From positions 37,458-101,457 of the forward strand of contig JACPPY010000072.1 of the NCBI GenBank assembly GCA_016190755.1: 64,000 bases of DNA, written 5' to 3'. Both the position numbers and the translations under genes were made by a program. The notes under the pieces were generated by a model, which had not been told where the DNA came from, did no database searches, and was given only the letters and a program-made list of their open reading frames with translations. The stretch is from Chloroflexota bacterium (GTDB lineage: Bacteria > Chloroflexota > Dehalococcoidia > JACPPY01). Numbering within the stretch: the stretch's first letter is position 1; every line of letters begins with the position of its first letter. Positions 51,395-61,205 of the stretch are shown here, in pieces.

Positions 51395-51976
51395 TCAGTC
51401 ACGCGATATCGCGCGAAGCACCTTGTCCAGGGCAGGACGGATATCACGCGACGTGTCCACTGCGATGTGCTGTCTCCGGATCACATCCACACTTGGCTTC
51501 ATCCTGCTGTAGACGTTAATGCCTGCTTTGGATTTATCGAGACCAGCCCCCCTCGTGCGATCCTCAAGCCTCTGGCGCATTATGTCGTCGGGGGCTTCCA
51601 CCCTCACGAGCACTAGCCTGGCGCCAGTTGAGTCGGCGATATGGTAAAGTCGCTCACGGTGGTGCTCCGACAGGTTGGTCGAGTCCAGTATCACTGGCAC
51701 CCCCTGCCTCAACAGCTCATCTATCACCCACCTGATGGCTCGAAACAGTCTGAAACTCTCACCACTTGTGTACTGAGGCACAGAAAACAGGACATGACGC
51801 AAGGCTTCGCTTTCCAACAGAGCAAAGGGTGTGCGCAAGGCTAGCTGCTGACAGAAGTATGACTTGCCACTACCCGGCAACCCACTCACCACCAGTAGAG
51901 ATGGTCTGACTACTGGCTCGGGTATGTGCCCCAGACTCTTCCGCAGGCGCTTGGCGTCATCCAGGATCCGGCCCAT
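51395..51976 (-). CDS. P-loop kinase-like ATPase (AAA_33/zeta-toxin-like fold)
   Basis: 193 aa. Walker A SGLPGSGKSY and Walker B-like VPVILDSTN. Confidence 0.6.
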   Translation of the reverse strand: MGRILDDAKRLRKSLGHIPEPVVRPSLLVVSGLPGSGKSYFCQQLALRTPFALLESEALRHVLFSVPQYTSGESFRLFRAIRWVIDELLRQGVPVILDSTNLSEHHRERLYHIADSTGARLVLVRVEAPDDIMRQRLEDRTRGAGLDKSKAGINVYSRMKPSVDVIRRQHIAVDTSRDIRPALDKVLRAISRD

Positions 51977-52072
51977 AGTTACGCTTGATTATATGATAAT
52001 CAGGACTGGCGTGGCTAGAGCAGTTGTTGGGACCTGTACGCCATAGAGTCGGCACCAGTGTCCTAAGAACCC

Positions 52073-54499
52073 TTATTCCGCCTTCACTCTGAGCTTATCG
52101 CCCAGCGACCGGAACAGGTCGACCCAGGTAGCTGCTTCCTTGTTGCCCTCGGATGCCCTGGCACGCATGATGGGGTAATGGGAGTGCATCAACCCGTAGT
52201 AGATGTTCTGCGGCTTCCAGAAGTCGACCTCGAAAGGCAACTGGCGGGCCATCCCTGCTGCCGCCTCCAACTCCGTCAGCAGGCGCAGGTCTTCGGGTGA
52301 GGCCTGGAACTCATCTGCCATATGCTCCAAGGTCAACCCTGCTGCATAGCCCAGGCCGGCGGCATCGAGCTTGGCTCTCCACGTCTTCGCTTCTTCGAGC
52401 AGATCGTGTATCTTGGCTTGGTCTGTGAGGTCGTTCTGCAGTGCGCGGCGCAGGTCTACACCCAGTATGTACTCACCTGCAAGGTGCAACGCGGCCGGAG
52501 GTGGGGACCCCAGGTGTGATAAGAACCGCATGAGAGGTATGTGGTCCTGGTAGACACGCCGGTAAGCTGCCTCTGCATCGTCGGTATGAGGCCGTATCAA
52601 GCGCCGCACGATCTCATTCTGGTCGTCCTTGAACAGCGAAGCCAGGGAGTAATCCGCCCCGGAAAAGTGCGTATCCATTGCCCTTACAACTCCGCTGAAG
52701 TCCGCCTTGGAGAAGGCCTCACTCAACTCGGCCACAGCCGAGCGGTAAGGCCCCTCGCCAGGTAAGGGTATCACGCCGCCGTTAATATTATGGTCTCCCA
52801 GGTAGGCGGCGGCAAAGGCGAGGTTGGCCGATTCCAGCGTGATATCAGACGTCACCTTGATCTTGCCTGCGACCATAACCGCCTGGCCGATCTGAAGGTG
52901 ATGAGGATCATCGCGATCAACCCGATAACAATAGACTTTCTCTCGTTCCGGGTAAGCCTTGAATATGGAGGTAAAAGCGTAGTGGGCCCCAACCTTGCTC
53001 AAGTTCACTGCGGCCGGTTTGACCCATTTCTCAAAGATGCGGCGCCCGTTCTCGTGTTCGGGTAGGTTGCTTTTCGCCCGCTCCAGTATTCTCAGGTAAC
53101 CCGCCTCAAGGCGGTCGCCGAACAGGTCAACGCCCAGTTGCAGTGCACGCTCGGCGTACTGCATGACCTGAGTCGCTTCGGTGCCGGACACATCGTTGAA
53201 GAACCAGCCACATGAGGTGAACATGAGCATGGCGTTGCGTTGTAGCTCCATGAGCTTCAAGATGCTGGTCTTGTCCGGCTCGTTGAGGGCGCGAGCGGAG
53301 TGACGCCCCAGGAAGCGCTTGAGGGACTGCGTAGAGCGGTCGTTTATCACCGCCACGTAGTCGTTACGGGCAGCCCACGGGTCAGCCAGGAACTCCAGGC
53401 CTTTCTTTTCGAAACGTAGTGCTAGCTCATCCCTGAGCCAATCCATAGCCTGCCTTAGTGGAGCCCGCCATTCCTGGTTCCAACCTGGACCTGCTCCGAC
53501 GTTGCAGCCACAGTTGCTGCGCCATCGTTCGACTCCATGTGCGCAGCTCCAGGATGTATTCGAAAGTATTTCCACTTCATGTGTCGGCGGATGCTTCTCC
53601 AGGTATTCGCCGTAGTTAGTCAATCTTGCGAGTTTACTGGACTCTATGTGATGCAGCGCATAAGCGAGAGCCATATCACCGTGCCTGTGGTGGTGACCGT
53701 AAGTCTCGCCGTCTGTAGCTATATGCACCAGTTGCGGCCAGTCGCGGGTGCCGGAGAACGCATTCATCAATCTGGCCGCAAAACGCTCCCCATTCGCCAG
53801 CAGACGCTCGAAGGCTACGGCGAAGGATACCGGCCCATCATAAAAGAAAAGGTCTAGCTTACGGCCAGACGGCAGTCTCAGCTCGTAGGCCATGGTCGGG
53901 TCTATCCGGCCGTTCTGTACGTCTCGCCATGGCCCGTCGCCCTTTGTTCGGATGCGGCTGGCCTGGTATGGAGATAGTATGGTGTACCGGAGGCCGTTCT
54001 CGGCCATGATATCCAACGTCTCCAGGTCCACAGCCGTTTCGGGAAGCCACATTGCCTCAGCAGGCCTTTGAAAACGGCTCTCGAAGTCTTTCAAACCCCA
54101 GACTATCTGTGTTATTTTGTCACGCCGGTTGGCCAAGGGCATGATCATGTGGTTGTATGCCTGAGCTATGGCCGAGCCATGGCCAGAGAACCGCTTACGG
54201 CTGTCCTTGTCGGCTTCCAGTATCGCCCGGTATACTGCCGGGGAGTTCTTTTCCAGCCAGTAGAGTATGGTTGGACCGAAATTGAACGAGATCTTCAAGT
54301 AGTTGTTTACTATCTGCTCTATCCGGTCGTCGCTGCCAAGTATGCGCGCCGCGGAGTTGGGTGCGTAGCATTCCGCCGTTACGCGTTTGTTCCAGTCATG
54401 GTAGGGGTACGCGGAGTCCTGGGCCTCAACCGCATCGAGCCACGGATTCTCCCGTGGCGGCTGGTAAAAGTGACCGTGGATACAAATGTATTTCTCCAT
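52073..54499 (-). CDS. Glycoside hydrolase family 57 protein with C-terminal DUF3536-like domain
   Basis: 808 aa. The N-terminus YICIHGHFYQPPRENPW is typical of GH57. Motifs TDGETYGHH and WSCAHGVERW. Confidence 0.85.
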   Translation of the reverse strand: MEKYICIHGHFYQPPRENPWLDAVEAQDSAYPYHDWNKRVTAECYAPNSAARILGSDDRIEQIVNNYLKISFNFGPTILYWLEKNSPAVYRAILEADKDSRKRFSGHGSAIAQAYNHMIMPLANRRDKITQIVWGLKDFESRFQRPAEAMWLPETAVDLETLDIMAENGLRYTILSPYQASRIRTKGDGPWRDVQNGRIDPTMAYELRLPSGRKLDLFFYDGPVSFAVAFERLLANGERFAARLMNAFSGTRDWPQLVHIATDGETYGHHHRHGDMALAYALHHIESSKLARLTNYGEYLEKHPPTHEVEILSNTSWSCAHGVERWRSNCGCNVGAGPGWNQEWRAPLRQAMDWLRDELALRFEKKGLEFLADPWAARNDYVAVINDRSTQSLKRFLGRHSARALNEPDKTSILKLMELQRNAMLMFTSCGWFFNDVSGTEATQVMQYAERALQLGVDLFGDRLEAGYLRILERAKSNLPEHENGRRIFEKWVKPAAVNLSKVGAHYAFTSIFKAYPEREKVYCYRVDRDDPHHLQIGQAVMVAGKIKVTSDITLESANLAFAAAYLGDHNINGGVIPLPGEGPYRSAVAELSEAFSKADFSGVVRAMDTHFSGADYSLASLFKDDQNEIVRRLIRPHTDDAEAAYRRVYQDHIPLMRFLSHLGSPPPAALHLAGEYILGVDLRRALQNDLTDQAKIHDLLEEAKTWRAKLDAAGLGYAAGLTLEHMADEFQASPEDLRLLTELEAAAGMARQLPFEVDFWKPQNIYYGLMHSHYPIMRARASEGNKEAATWVDLFRSLGDKLRVKAE

Positions 54500-54511
54500 G
54501 CGCGGTTCGAG

Positions 54512-55303
54512 CTATCCAGGTTGCCCTTCCTCTGTTGAACCATTACCTGTGGAGTTCGGGCCTCCACGGGGCATTCTCATCAGCGGCAGGACGTCCGCAG
54601 CCTCTCCGGTGCCAGCCAGGAAGCTGGCCAACCTGTTTTCCAGTTCCCGGTTTTGCAGCGCCAGTGTGAGATCGCCGCGGGTCTTTTCGAGGACCCCCCG
54701 GACCATGTCCGTGGTACGACGGAGGCCACCTGTGATGGCGTCGGGAAAGTCCATGGTCACGAGCACTGCATATATGTCATCCATCATGGCCAGCACACGC
54801 TCACACTTCGCCACGTCACCCCTCCTCAAGTGGTCAAGCAGGTATCTCCTAAGTTCTCCCACTGCCTCTCCGAGCCCATTCAGGTAAGCTGGAAGCTGGA
54901 CGTTGAGCGCAGCCGGATCGGGTACCTTCTTTCCGGTTACCATCGCCAGCGTGATGGTGCCCTCCGCATATTCCTTCATTGCGTCATGTACCAGGCCACT
55001 GCAAAAGAGGTCTTCGTGCCCGTCAAGCGTCCGGCGTACCTCCTCGAGCAGGTCGCGGGCGCTGCGCAGGAGTTGTTCCGCCTGCTTCATTTCCTGCCTG
55101 TGCAATGCCCTTATGCCGTTGGCGCTGTGCCTTATGGTCTCACGGCATAGCCGCAAGGTCTTTTCCCGCGCTGCATCTTTGGACTGGAAAGTATGCCTTA
55201 TGTCCTCGGATACCTGGTCGAGGTTAGCTGTGGGTAGCTTCTTCCTGGATACTCTCGATGTGCCCACAAGCCTATGTGCGCCTCTGGTCCCGGCTCTCTT
55301 CAA
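54512..55303 (-). CDS. Translin-family (COG2178-like) protein
   Basis: 263 aa. Pattern AMKEYAEG...PAYLNGLGEAVGELRRYLLDHLRRGD...DFPDAITGGLRRTTDMVRGVLEKTRGDL. The N-terminal 30 aa overlap the thiE end, so the true start may be internal. Confidence 0.6.
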   Translation of the reverse strand: MKRAGTRGAHRLVGTSRVSRKKLPTANLDQVSEDIRHTFQSKDAAREKTLRLCRETIRHSANGIRALHRQEMKQAEQLLRSARDLLEEVRRTLDGHEDLFCSGLVHDAMKEYAEGTITLAMVTGKKVPDPAALNVQLPAYLNGLGEAVGELRRYLLDHLRRGDVAKCERVLAMMDDIYAVLVTMDFPDAITGGLRRTTDMVRGVLEKTRGDLTLALQNRELENRLASFLAGTGEAADVLPLMRMPRGGPNSTGNGSTEEGQPG

Positions 55304-56324
55304 TTGCCCTTACCAACTCTCTAGCCGCCGATTCAATATCGCCGGCGGACATTATGGCGCTTATCACTGCGATGGCGTCGGCGCCTGCCGCTGTGACAGC
55401 CGCCACGTTGTCCTTATTGATTCCGCCTATAGCTACCAACGGCAGACTGACCTTTGCCCTTACCTTCGCGAGCATCTCAGGCCCGACCACGCGTGTGTCG
55501 TGCTTGGACTTCGTCGGATACATTGAGCCAACAGCGACGTAATCGGCCCCCTGCGCCTCCACCTCAATGGCCCTCTCGACTGTGCGAGTGGTGCCGCCGA
55601 GCAGCATGCCCTGCGGGATCAGCCTCCGCGCTGCGTCCAGGGGCAAGTCTTCCTGTCCCAGGTGGACACACTCGGCGTCCATCGCCATGGCCACATCCAC
55701 ATAGTCGTTGACTACGAACAATACTCCCTCTTCACGGCACATATGCTGTAGCTCTCGCGACGATGCCAGCAGCTCCTTGCCGCGTCGCCCCTTGTCTCGA
55801 AGCTGCAGCATAGTAACGCCTCCGCGTATCGCTTGCCGTGCCACATCGGTCTCTTTTCTGCCGTTCAGCGCCGCAGTGTCCAGCACGAGGTATAACCCCC
55901 GTATCCGAGACCTGCCTTCGGAGCGTTTCAGGCTGGAAACTAGGCGCTTTTCCAGGTCGTACAGGGCGAACCGTGCCCTCTGGAAAGTCCTCCAGTCGAA
56001 CTCCGGGAGGCCGGGCAGTCGAGTAGTCTCCTCCAGCACGCGGAGGGACTCTTCCACGCGCCGGGCATTGGCGGTGGAGAGCGCAATGAGGTCCGGCCGG
56101 CCCAGGTCTTCAGCAGGCCTTGCTTCAGCCCCGACATCGTGCGACGAGTCACGGTCCGATAGCAGGTGAAGGCCGAGGGTTGCGGTCGCCGCCGATATCT
56201 GGTGGCGAAGGTCTTTGAACTGTTTGCTGAGCGCGGCATCATTAAGGGTGAAGCGGGCTATATCCTCCAGTACCCGCATCCCTTCTCTGGCACGGTTGAG
56301 GTTGGCATCAATGGTACGCAGCAT
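55272..56324 (-). CDS. thiE: Thiamine-phosphate synthase with about 140-aa N-terminal extension
   Basis: 350 aa. The C-terminal ThiE barrel has LYLVLD, MLQLRDK, GADYVAVGSMYPTKSK and LVAIGGI. The N-terminal helical region (LRTIDANLNRAREGMRVLEDIARF...) has a function unknown to me. Confidence 0.85.
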   Translation of the reverse strand: MLRTIDANLNRAREGMRVLEDIARFTLNDAALSKQFKDLRHQISAATATLGLHLLSDRDSSHDVGAEARPAEDLGRPDLIALSTANARRVEESLRVLEETTRLPGLPEFDWRTFQRARFALYDLEKRLVSSLKRSEGRSRIRGLYLVLDTAALNGRKETDVARQAIRGGVTMLQLRDKGRRGKELLASSRELQHMCREEGVLFVVNDYVDVAMAMDAECVHLGQEDLPLDAARRLIPQGMLLGGTTRTVERAIEVEAQGADYVAVGSMYPTKSKHDTRVVGPEMLAKVRAKVSLPLVAIGGINKDNVAAVTAAGADAIAVISAIMSAGDIESAARELVRAIEESRDQRRT

Positions 56325-56682
56325 CGGGTGAGCTTGTTTGCAGGTCCTTCACAGGACCCGGCATCTCTCCTTCCCTGGCCACCTGGATCATTGTCTTGAT
56401 GCTGTCGGGCATTTCGTGGCCCATCTCTTTGAAGCGTTTCTCCGTCCAACGGCCAATGTTGCGGGGGTCCTTGTAGTACTCGGGGCCCGCGTTCATTGTG
56501 GGCTCTCCGGACTCTTCGTGAATAGTTTGCATCGATTTATGATAGGCAAAAGAGCCGATCAAGCGTTCCATGTCCGAGCCGTCACAATAAGAACACACGG
56601 GCCGCAAAGGCTGGTTAACGCTCCTGGTCAAGAAGGTGGATTTCTTCCCGCAGGCGCGACAGCGGAATTCATATATGGGCAT
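56308..56682 (-). CDS. FmdB-family zinc-ribbon protein
   Basis: Track ORF trimmed to ATG 56682. The N-terminus MPIYEFRCRACGKKSTF...CSYCDGS is typical of the family. Confidence 0.7.
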   Translation of the reverse strand: MPIYEFRCRACGKKSTFLTRSVNQPLRPVCSYCDGSDMERLIGSFAYHKSMQTIHEESGEPTMNAGPEYYKDPRNIGRWTEKRFKEMGHEMPDSIKTMIQVAREGEMPGPVKDLQTSSPDAAYH

Positions 56683-56815
56683 GGAAGCAACTCCAATATC
56701 AGAGCAGATTGCTGCCGTATTATATTGAATTGTAGCATAGTCTCTTTCACGGACAAAAATCGGAACGCTTGTAGCAGCACGAAATCGCCTAGCCCGCGAG
56801 GCGACGTAGCCGTCC

Positions 56816-58234
56816 TCAGGCTTGAGGCGCGTGTTTTGGATGGGCCTGGCCAGCATTTAAAGAGTCCTCGGACTCGAGGGCAACCCCGGAAGGCTTGTGG
56901 TAGTGGACATGCGCCTGCTGCTTGTGGCTTATCCTGCGGTTCACCGGCCGGCCGCCCAACAGCATGTGAAAAAGCTCAGCGGCGGGCATGTTACTGACCT
57001 TGCGGACTTCCTTGATGCGCGGCGCAAAGGCTGCTGCCACCGCTCCTCTGAGTACACCGGAGATCAGGAACAAAGTCAGTACAGGGTAGCCATTAAGCGC
57101 GGGAATGCGTGGAGCCAGGAATCCGCCTGTGAGTGCTCCCATGCCGGCGGAAATGCCATTGCCGGCGTTGAAATACGCCAGGTATCGAGTGCGGTTCTCG
57201 GGGGTAGTTGCATCATACAGGTAGTTTACCGTGCACAGGTTGTACCCGGCCCAGGCCAGGCCGGAAAATACCTGCACGAGCCCCAGGTAGGCCACGTTCG
57301 TTGACAGTATCCACAAAAGTGGCACCAGGGGCACCAGCGCCGCCGTCATGCGGACGATGCGCGAGTTGCCGACACGGTCGGCTGCCTGGCCCCAGTGTGT
57401 GACCGAAAAGATTGTGACTACCGACGAAACGGCCTCCAGCCCAGCATAGGTCAGGTATGAGAACTTCAGATCCCGAAGCTCGTACACAGTGAAGTAGGGA
57501 CCGGCGATATTCACGGCGAAGCTCATGGCGAACAGGAACAGCATATATTTGCCGAGATCGGTAGTAAGCAAGCCCCGCGAGAACTGGCTGGCATTGACCG
57601 ACTGCTCGCAACTGACAGTCTGCGGGACCTCGTATAGACGCGTGAGGAGAAGCCAGGATGCCAGCCGGCATACGACAGCGGCCCCGAAAAGCACGGCAAA
57701 GCCCCACAGTGACCGCTGCACCAGCAAATTCAGGAAGACGCCACCTGCCATGAAAGTGAATATGCTTGCCACGGTGGAAAACATGCCCCTGCGGGAAAAG
57801 TACTTGCCGCGCAGCCCTTGCGGCACAACTTCCGCCATGAGGCTACCCCAGGCCGGGGACGTCAGTGCACCGAAGATGGAGTATAAGGTGGCGAAGAGAA
57901 TCATCCACCACCCCTGGTTGGAGCGGGCAAGGATAGATAGTGACAGTATTGGTAAGAATATGAGTCCCTGGAGCAACGCGAAGATGAGTATGGTGGCCTT
58001 GCGGCCTCTCATCAGGCGCACGATCTCGCAGTCGAAGAGTTGTAATAACGAGGCGATGAAGCCCGGCAGCGAGCACAACATGCCGATCTGAAGGCTGTTG
58101 GTTTGAAGAGCTACTGCGTAGGCTACCAGGTAGTGCTCGCCGAAGCCTGTGAAGGCACCGTAGGCAACGCCTTCCGCTGTGGAGTACCTCAGGGCTCCCT
58201 TGACCCTATTCGTTATCGGCCTGCTCAGGTGCAA
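56816..58234 (-). CDS. MFS transporter
   Basis: 472 aa with about 12 hydrophobic segments. Loop motif RLMRGRKA between TM2 and TM3. Confidence 0.8.
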   Translation of the reverse strand: MHLSRPITNRVKGALRYSTAEGVAYGAFTGFGEHYLVAYAVALQTNSLQIGMLCSLPGFIASLLQLFDCEIVRLMRGRKATILIFALLQGLIFLPILSLSILARSNQGWWMILFATLYSIFGALTSPAWGSLMAEVVPQGLRGKYFSRRGMFSTVASIFTFMAGGVFLNLLVQRSLWGFAVLFGAAVVCRLASWLLLTRLYEVPQTVSCEQSVNASQFSRGLLTTDLGKYMLFLFAMSFAVNIAGPYFTVYELRDLKFSYLTYAGLEAVSSVVTIFSVTHWGQAADRVGNSRIVRMTAALVPLVPLLWILSTNVAYLGLVQVFSGLAWAGYNLCTVNYLYDATTPENRTRYLAYFNAGNGISAGMGALTGGFLAPRIPALNGYPVLTLFLISGVLRGAVAAAFAPRIKEVRKVSNMPAAELFHMLLGGRPVNRRISHKQQAHVHYHKPSGVALESEDSLNAGQAHPKHAPQA

Positions 58235-58435
58235 TTACTGTTCTCTCCAAAGGCGACAATGATAATACCTGAGCTATGCCCTAATCAAATGCCCATCATT
58301 TCCCCACGATCGCCATAGGTTGTCAAAAGAGGAGCCGGTGTCGAAATCTCTGCGCGCCAGACGCCGACGGGACCAGCAGCGTCTGTCACGTAACGCAAAA
58401 CCCGGGCCTCAAGAAACGACCCGCGGAGCGAGGGG

Positions 58436-58732
58436 CTAGGGTTGCATCTGCGATAATCCGAAAAAGACCAGGGATATATTCCAATACACGATTCCCGTGT
58501 ACAGGGCAACGAATGTCATGGTCAATCGCATGGCCGCTCTCGGACGTCTCCAATAGATATGCGAGAGCAGTATCACGCAAAGAAACGCGGCCACTATCTT
58601 GGTCGGTAGGAACCGGTTTCCGGTTACCAGGTCCTGCAGTAACGGGTTTCCTTCAGTCGCCAGCCCGTAGTCGAGGAGGAAGCGGGTAACAACGCCGTCA
58701 GCAACCACGAGCGCAAACAGCACGACGAGCAT
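58436..58732 (-). CDS. Small membrane protein (DUF5658-like)
   Basis: 98 aa with 3-4 TM helices. The N-terminal pattern VVADGVVTRFLLDYGLATEGNPLL matches my recollection of DUF5658. Confidence 0.5.
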   Translation of the reverse strand: MLVVLFALVVADGVVTRFLLDYGLATEGNPLLQDLVTGNRFLPTKIVAAFLCVILLSHIYWRRPRAAMRLTMTFVALYTGIVYWNISLVFFGLSQMQP

Positions 58733-59037
58733 ATACTTGAACCGTGTTCCATATAAGGATGAGGCGGTATTCGTTGAAGTTTTCCTCCTGAAAACGTCAC
58801 ACTTTGCCGTCCGAGGGCCAACAACGAGCTACATAGTTGGCCATCGGTTGTGGTCCGGTTTGCATACGGTGTGATTATAACGCGTGGCGAGCGCGATGTG
58901 AATGCTGGTATCCCGGGAATTCCAATTGCTTGTCGTGCTTGCTGGCTGCGGTCCTCGTGGCGCGGATTATGCCTGCACGACCGAAGCAGGGTTAGAAGGG
59001 TTGCATGCGGGTGCGCGGCGGCTATCGCGAAGGCATT

Positions 59038-59712
59038 CTACGTGCCCGTCTCCTTTTCCTGATAGCCGAGACCGCGCCTGGCGGCATAGGCGGTAACCTG
59101 GGCCCGATTTTCCAGGTGTAACTTGTCCAGTATGTTCCTGAGGTGATACTTGACAGTCCTCTCGGAGATAATGAGCAAGGCGGCGATCTCTTTATTGGTC
59201 TTGCCCTGGGCCACTAGCTTCAATACATCTTGCTCACGCTCGCTGAGGCCGTCCCATTGTTGTTCCGATGGCCTTCTGCCCTGGCTGCGGGCTGAGAACT
59301 CTTCAACCATTTTGGCCGCCATCCTGGGCGATATAGGAGCCTCGCCATCCACGACGCCTGAGATAAGATCGAAGAACACTGAAGCCTTTAGCTTCTTCAG
59401 GAGATAGCCTTGCGCGCCGCTCTTGATGGCTTCGAACAGGTCTTCTTCCTCATCAGACACAGTGAGCATAATAATCTTGGTGTCCGGCAGCTCCGACCTT
59501 ATGAGCCGCGTAGCCTCCAACCCGCCCATGGTGGGCATGCGTATGTCCATGAGAATGATGTCCGGTTTGAGTTCGCGGGCTCTCACTACCGCCTCCAGCC
59601 CATTGCTGGCCTCGCCTACCACCTGGTAGTCCCGGGCCTGCAACAGGCTGGCGATGCCATCCCTGAAGAGGTCATGGTCGTCCACGATTAGAACAGTTTT
59701 CCGGTCTGTCAT
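59038..59712 (-). CDS. NarL/LuxR-family response regulator
   Basis: Track ORF trimmed to ATG 59712, which overlaps the kinase stop (ATGA). Receiver domain (VLIVDDHDLF...ILMDIRMPT). HTH (LSEREQDVLKLVAQGKTNKEIAALLIISERTVKYH). Confidence 0.9.
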   Translation of the reverse strand: MTDRKTVLIVDDHDLFRDGIASLLQARDYQVVGEASNGLEAVVRARELKPDIILMDIRMPTMGGLEATRLIRSELPDTKIIMLTVSDEEEDLFEAIKSGAQGYLLKKLKASVFFDLISGVVDGEAPISPRMAAKMVEEFSARSQGRRPSEQQWDGLSEREQDVLKLVAQGKTNKEIAALLIISERTVKYHLRNILDKLHLENRAQVTAYAARRGLGYQEKETGT

Positions 59713-61205
59713 CTCGCCGGCCCCGCCAGGTTTACGATAACCCTGCTCCCTTTTCCCACGGCAGACTCCAGCGCGAACCGCGCGCCGATCGCGGCCGCCC
59801 TCTCCTGCATGGAGTAAAGCCCGAAGTGAGGCCATCGGCCACGCGCCAGCCTGGCCGGGTCGAATCCGTGCCCATCGTCCTCTACCATCAGACAACAGCC
59901 GGCAGAGTCATAAGACAGGCGAACCTTGATCCGTTTGGCCTGGGCGTGCTTCCTCGCGTTGGACAGGGCCTCTTGTACGATCCTGAGGAGTTGCAACTCG
60001 ACACCCGGATTAAATGTCCACGGAGTGCCGTTGGCAACCAACTCCGTCGGAATACCGGACATCTCGGCAAATCTTTCCACGTAGACCTTCAAGCTCTTGT
60101 CCAGGGACCGCCGCTTCTCATTCGTTCCCAGTGCCAAGATGGCCTCTCGTACATCGTCATAGGTCCGCTGAGCAGCGCTCTCGAGCTGTTCCATGTGAGT
60201 TGCCGCTGCCTGGATCTGTCCCGTATCCAACAGCTCCTTCACTGCCTGTGCCTTGGTATTCACATACCCCAGAACCTGGGCCAGCCCGTCGTGCATCTCT
60301 CGGGCTATCCGCTCTCGCTCCGTGAGAGCGGCCAGTGTTTGTACTTCCTCGTGCAACAAGGCGTTTTCCACCGCCGCCGCAATCCTGTCAGCCATGATCT
60401 GGAGGAGACCGAGTTCGTCTTCCGTTGTCAGAGCTTTTGAATCCCGGGCGGCCACGCCAAGCACACCAGTGACCTCGCCGGAGACACGCCGCAGGGGAAG
60501 GCCGTAGTATGTATAGAAGCCGGCAGCCTTAATTCCCTGTCGCGCGAACTGCGGGTCGTTGGGCAGGTCGTGTACCAGGATCGATCGGCCCGTCTTGGCC
60601 ACGATGCCCGGGTAACCTTCTCCCAACCGGAACCGGGTAACCTCCCGGAAAGCCTCGACATTCACTCCTCGGAGACAGCGCAAAGAAATAGCCTTGTCCA
60701 AGGGGTTAAGGAGCCATACTTCTCCGACCTCTGCGTTGGTGGCCTGCAAGATTGCCTCGAGAGCCGCGGGCAACATCATGTCCATGTCCAGGCAGCCCTC
60801 AACCGCACGTCCTACCTTGAGCAGTGCCTCCATCTCTTCCGTCCGTCGCGATAACTCCTGGTTCTGCACCTCCATCCGTCTCGCCATGCCTCGGAAAACA
60901 CGGAACACCATGAAAGAAAATGGAAAGATGCCAAGCAGTATGGCGACAGCCATTAAGATGTGTTCTTGCCAGTGTCCGATCCACAACTTGTCGTGGACCA
61001 GGAAGCTTCCTGCTACTACCGCCACAACGAAAATGGCCGGCGCCAACGTCGCCAAAAGCGACAGCCGGTTCAGGTTCATTAGCCGCCTCTTCTCCTTATG
61101 TGGTGTTATTATAGCAACAATGAATGCCACCGTCAGTATTACAACTACTTTCAGTTGCCTTTGGCAAGACTTGGTGTACGCTATCCCTCTTGACGAGTTC
61201 ATCAC
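59709..61205 (-). CDS. GAF-domain sensor histidine kinase (HisKA_3 type)
   Basis: 498 aa. 2-3 N-terminal TM helices and a GAF-like region (VGEVWLL...GEGYPGIV...). H-box ERERIAREMHDGLAQ and ATPase block VEDDGHGF. The start GTGATGA overlaps the upstream stop. Confidence 0.85.
   Translation of the reverse strand: MMNSSRGIAYTKSCQRQLKVVVILTVAFIVAIITPHKEKRRLMNLNRLSLLATLAPAIFVVAVVAGSFLVHDKLWIGHWQEHILMAVAILLGIFPFSFMVFRVFRGMARRMEVQNQELSRRTEEMEALLKVGRAVEGCLDMDMMLPAALEAILQATNAEVGEVWLLNPLDKAISLRCLRGVNVEAFREVTRFRLGEGYPGIVAKTGRSILVHDLPNDPQFARQGIKAAGFYTYYGLPLRRVSGEVTGVLGVAARDSKALTTEDELGLLQIMADRIAAAVENALLHEEVQTLAALTERERIAREMHDGLAQVLGYVNTKAQAVKELLDTGQIQAAATHMEQLESAAQRTYDDVREAILALGTNEKRRSLDKSLKVYVERFAEMSGIPTELVANGTPWTFNPGVELQLLRIVQEALSNARKHAQAKRIKVRLSYDSAGCCLMVEDDGHGFDPARLARGRWPHFGLYSMQERAAAIGARFALESAVGKGSRVIVNLAGPAR

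Noticed and set aside
56325-56860. Expected TPP riboswitch upstream of thiE.
   Set aside because: thiE overlaps the upstream zinc-ribbon gene. The region upstream of that gene overlaps the 3' end of the MFS gene, and I could not find the conserved THI-box CUGAGA element.
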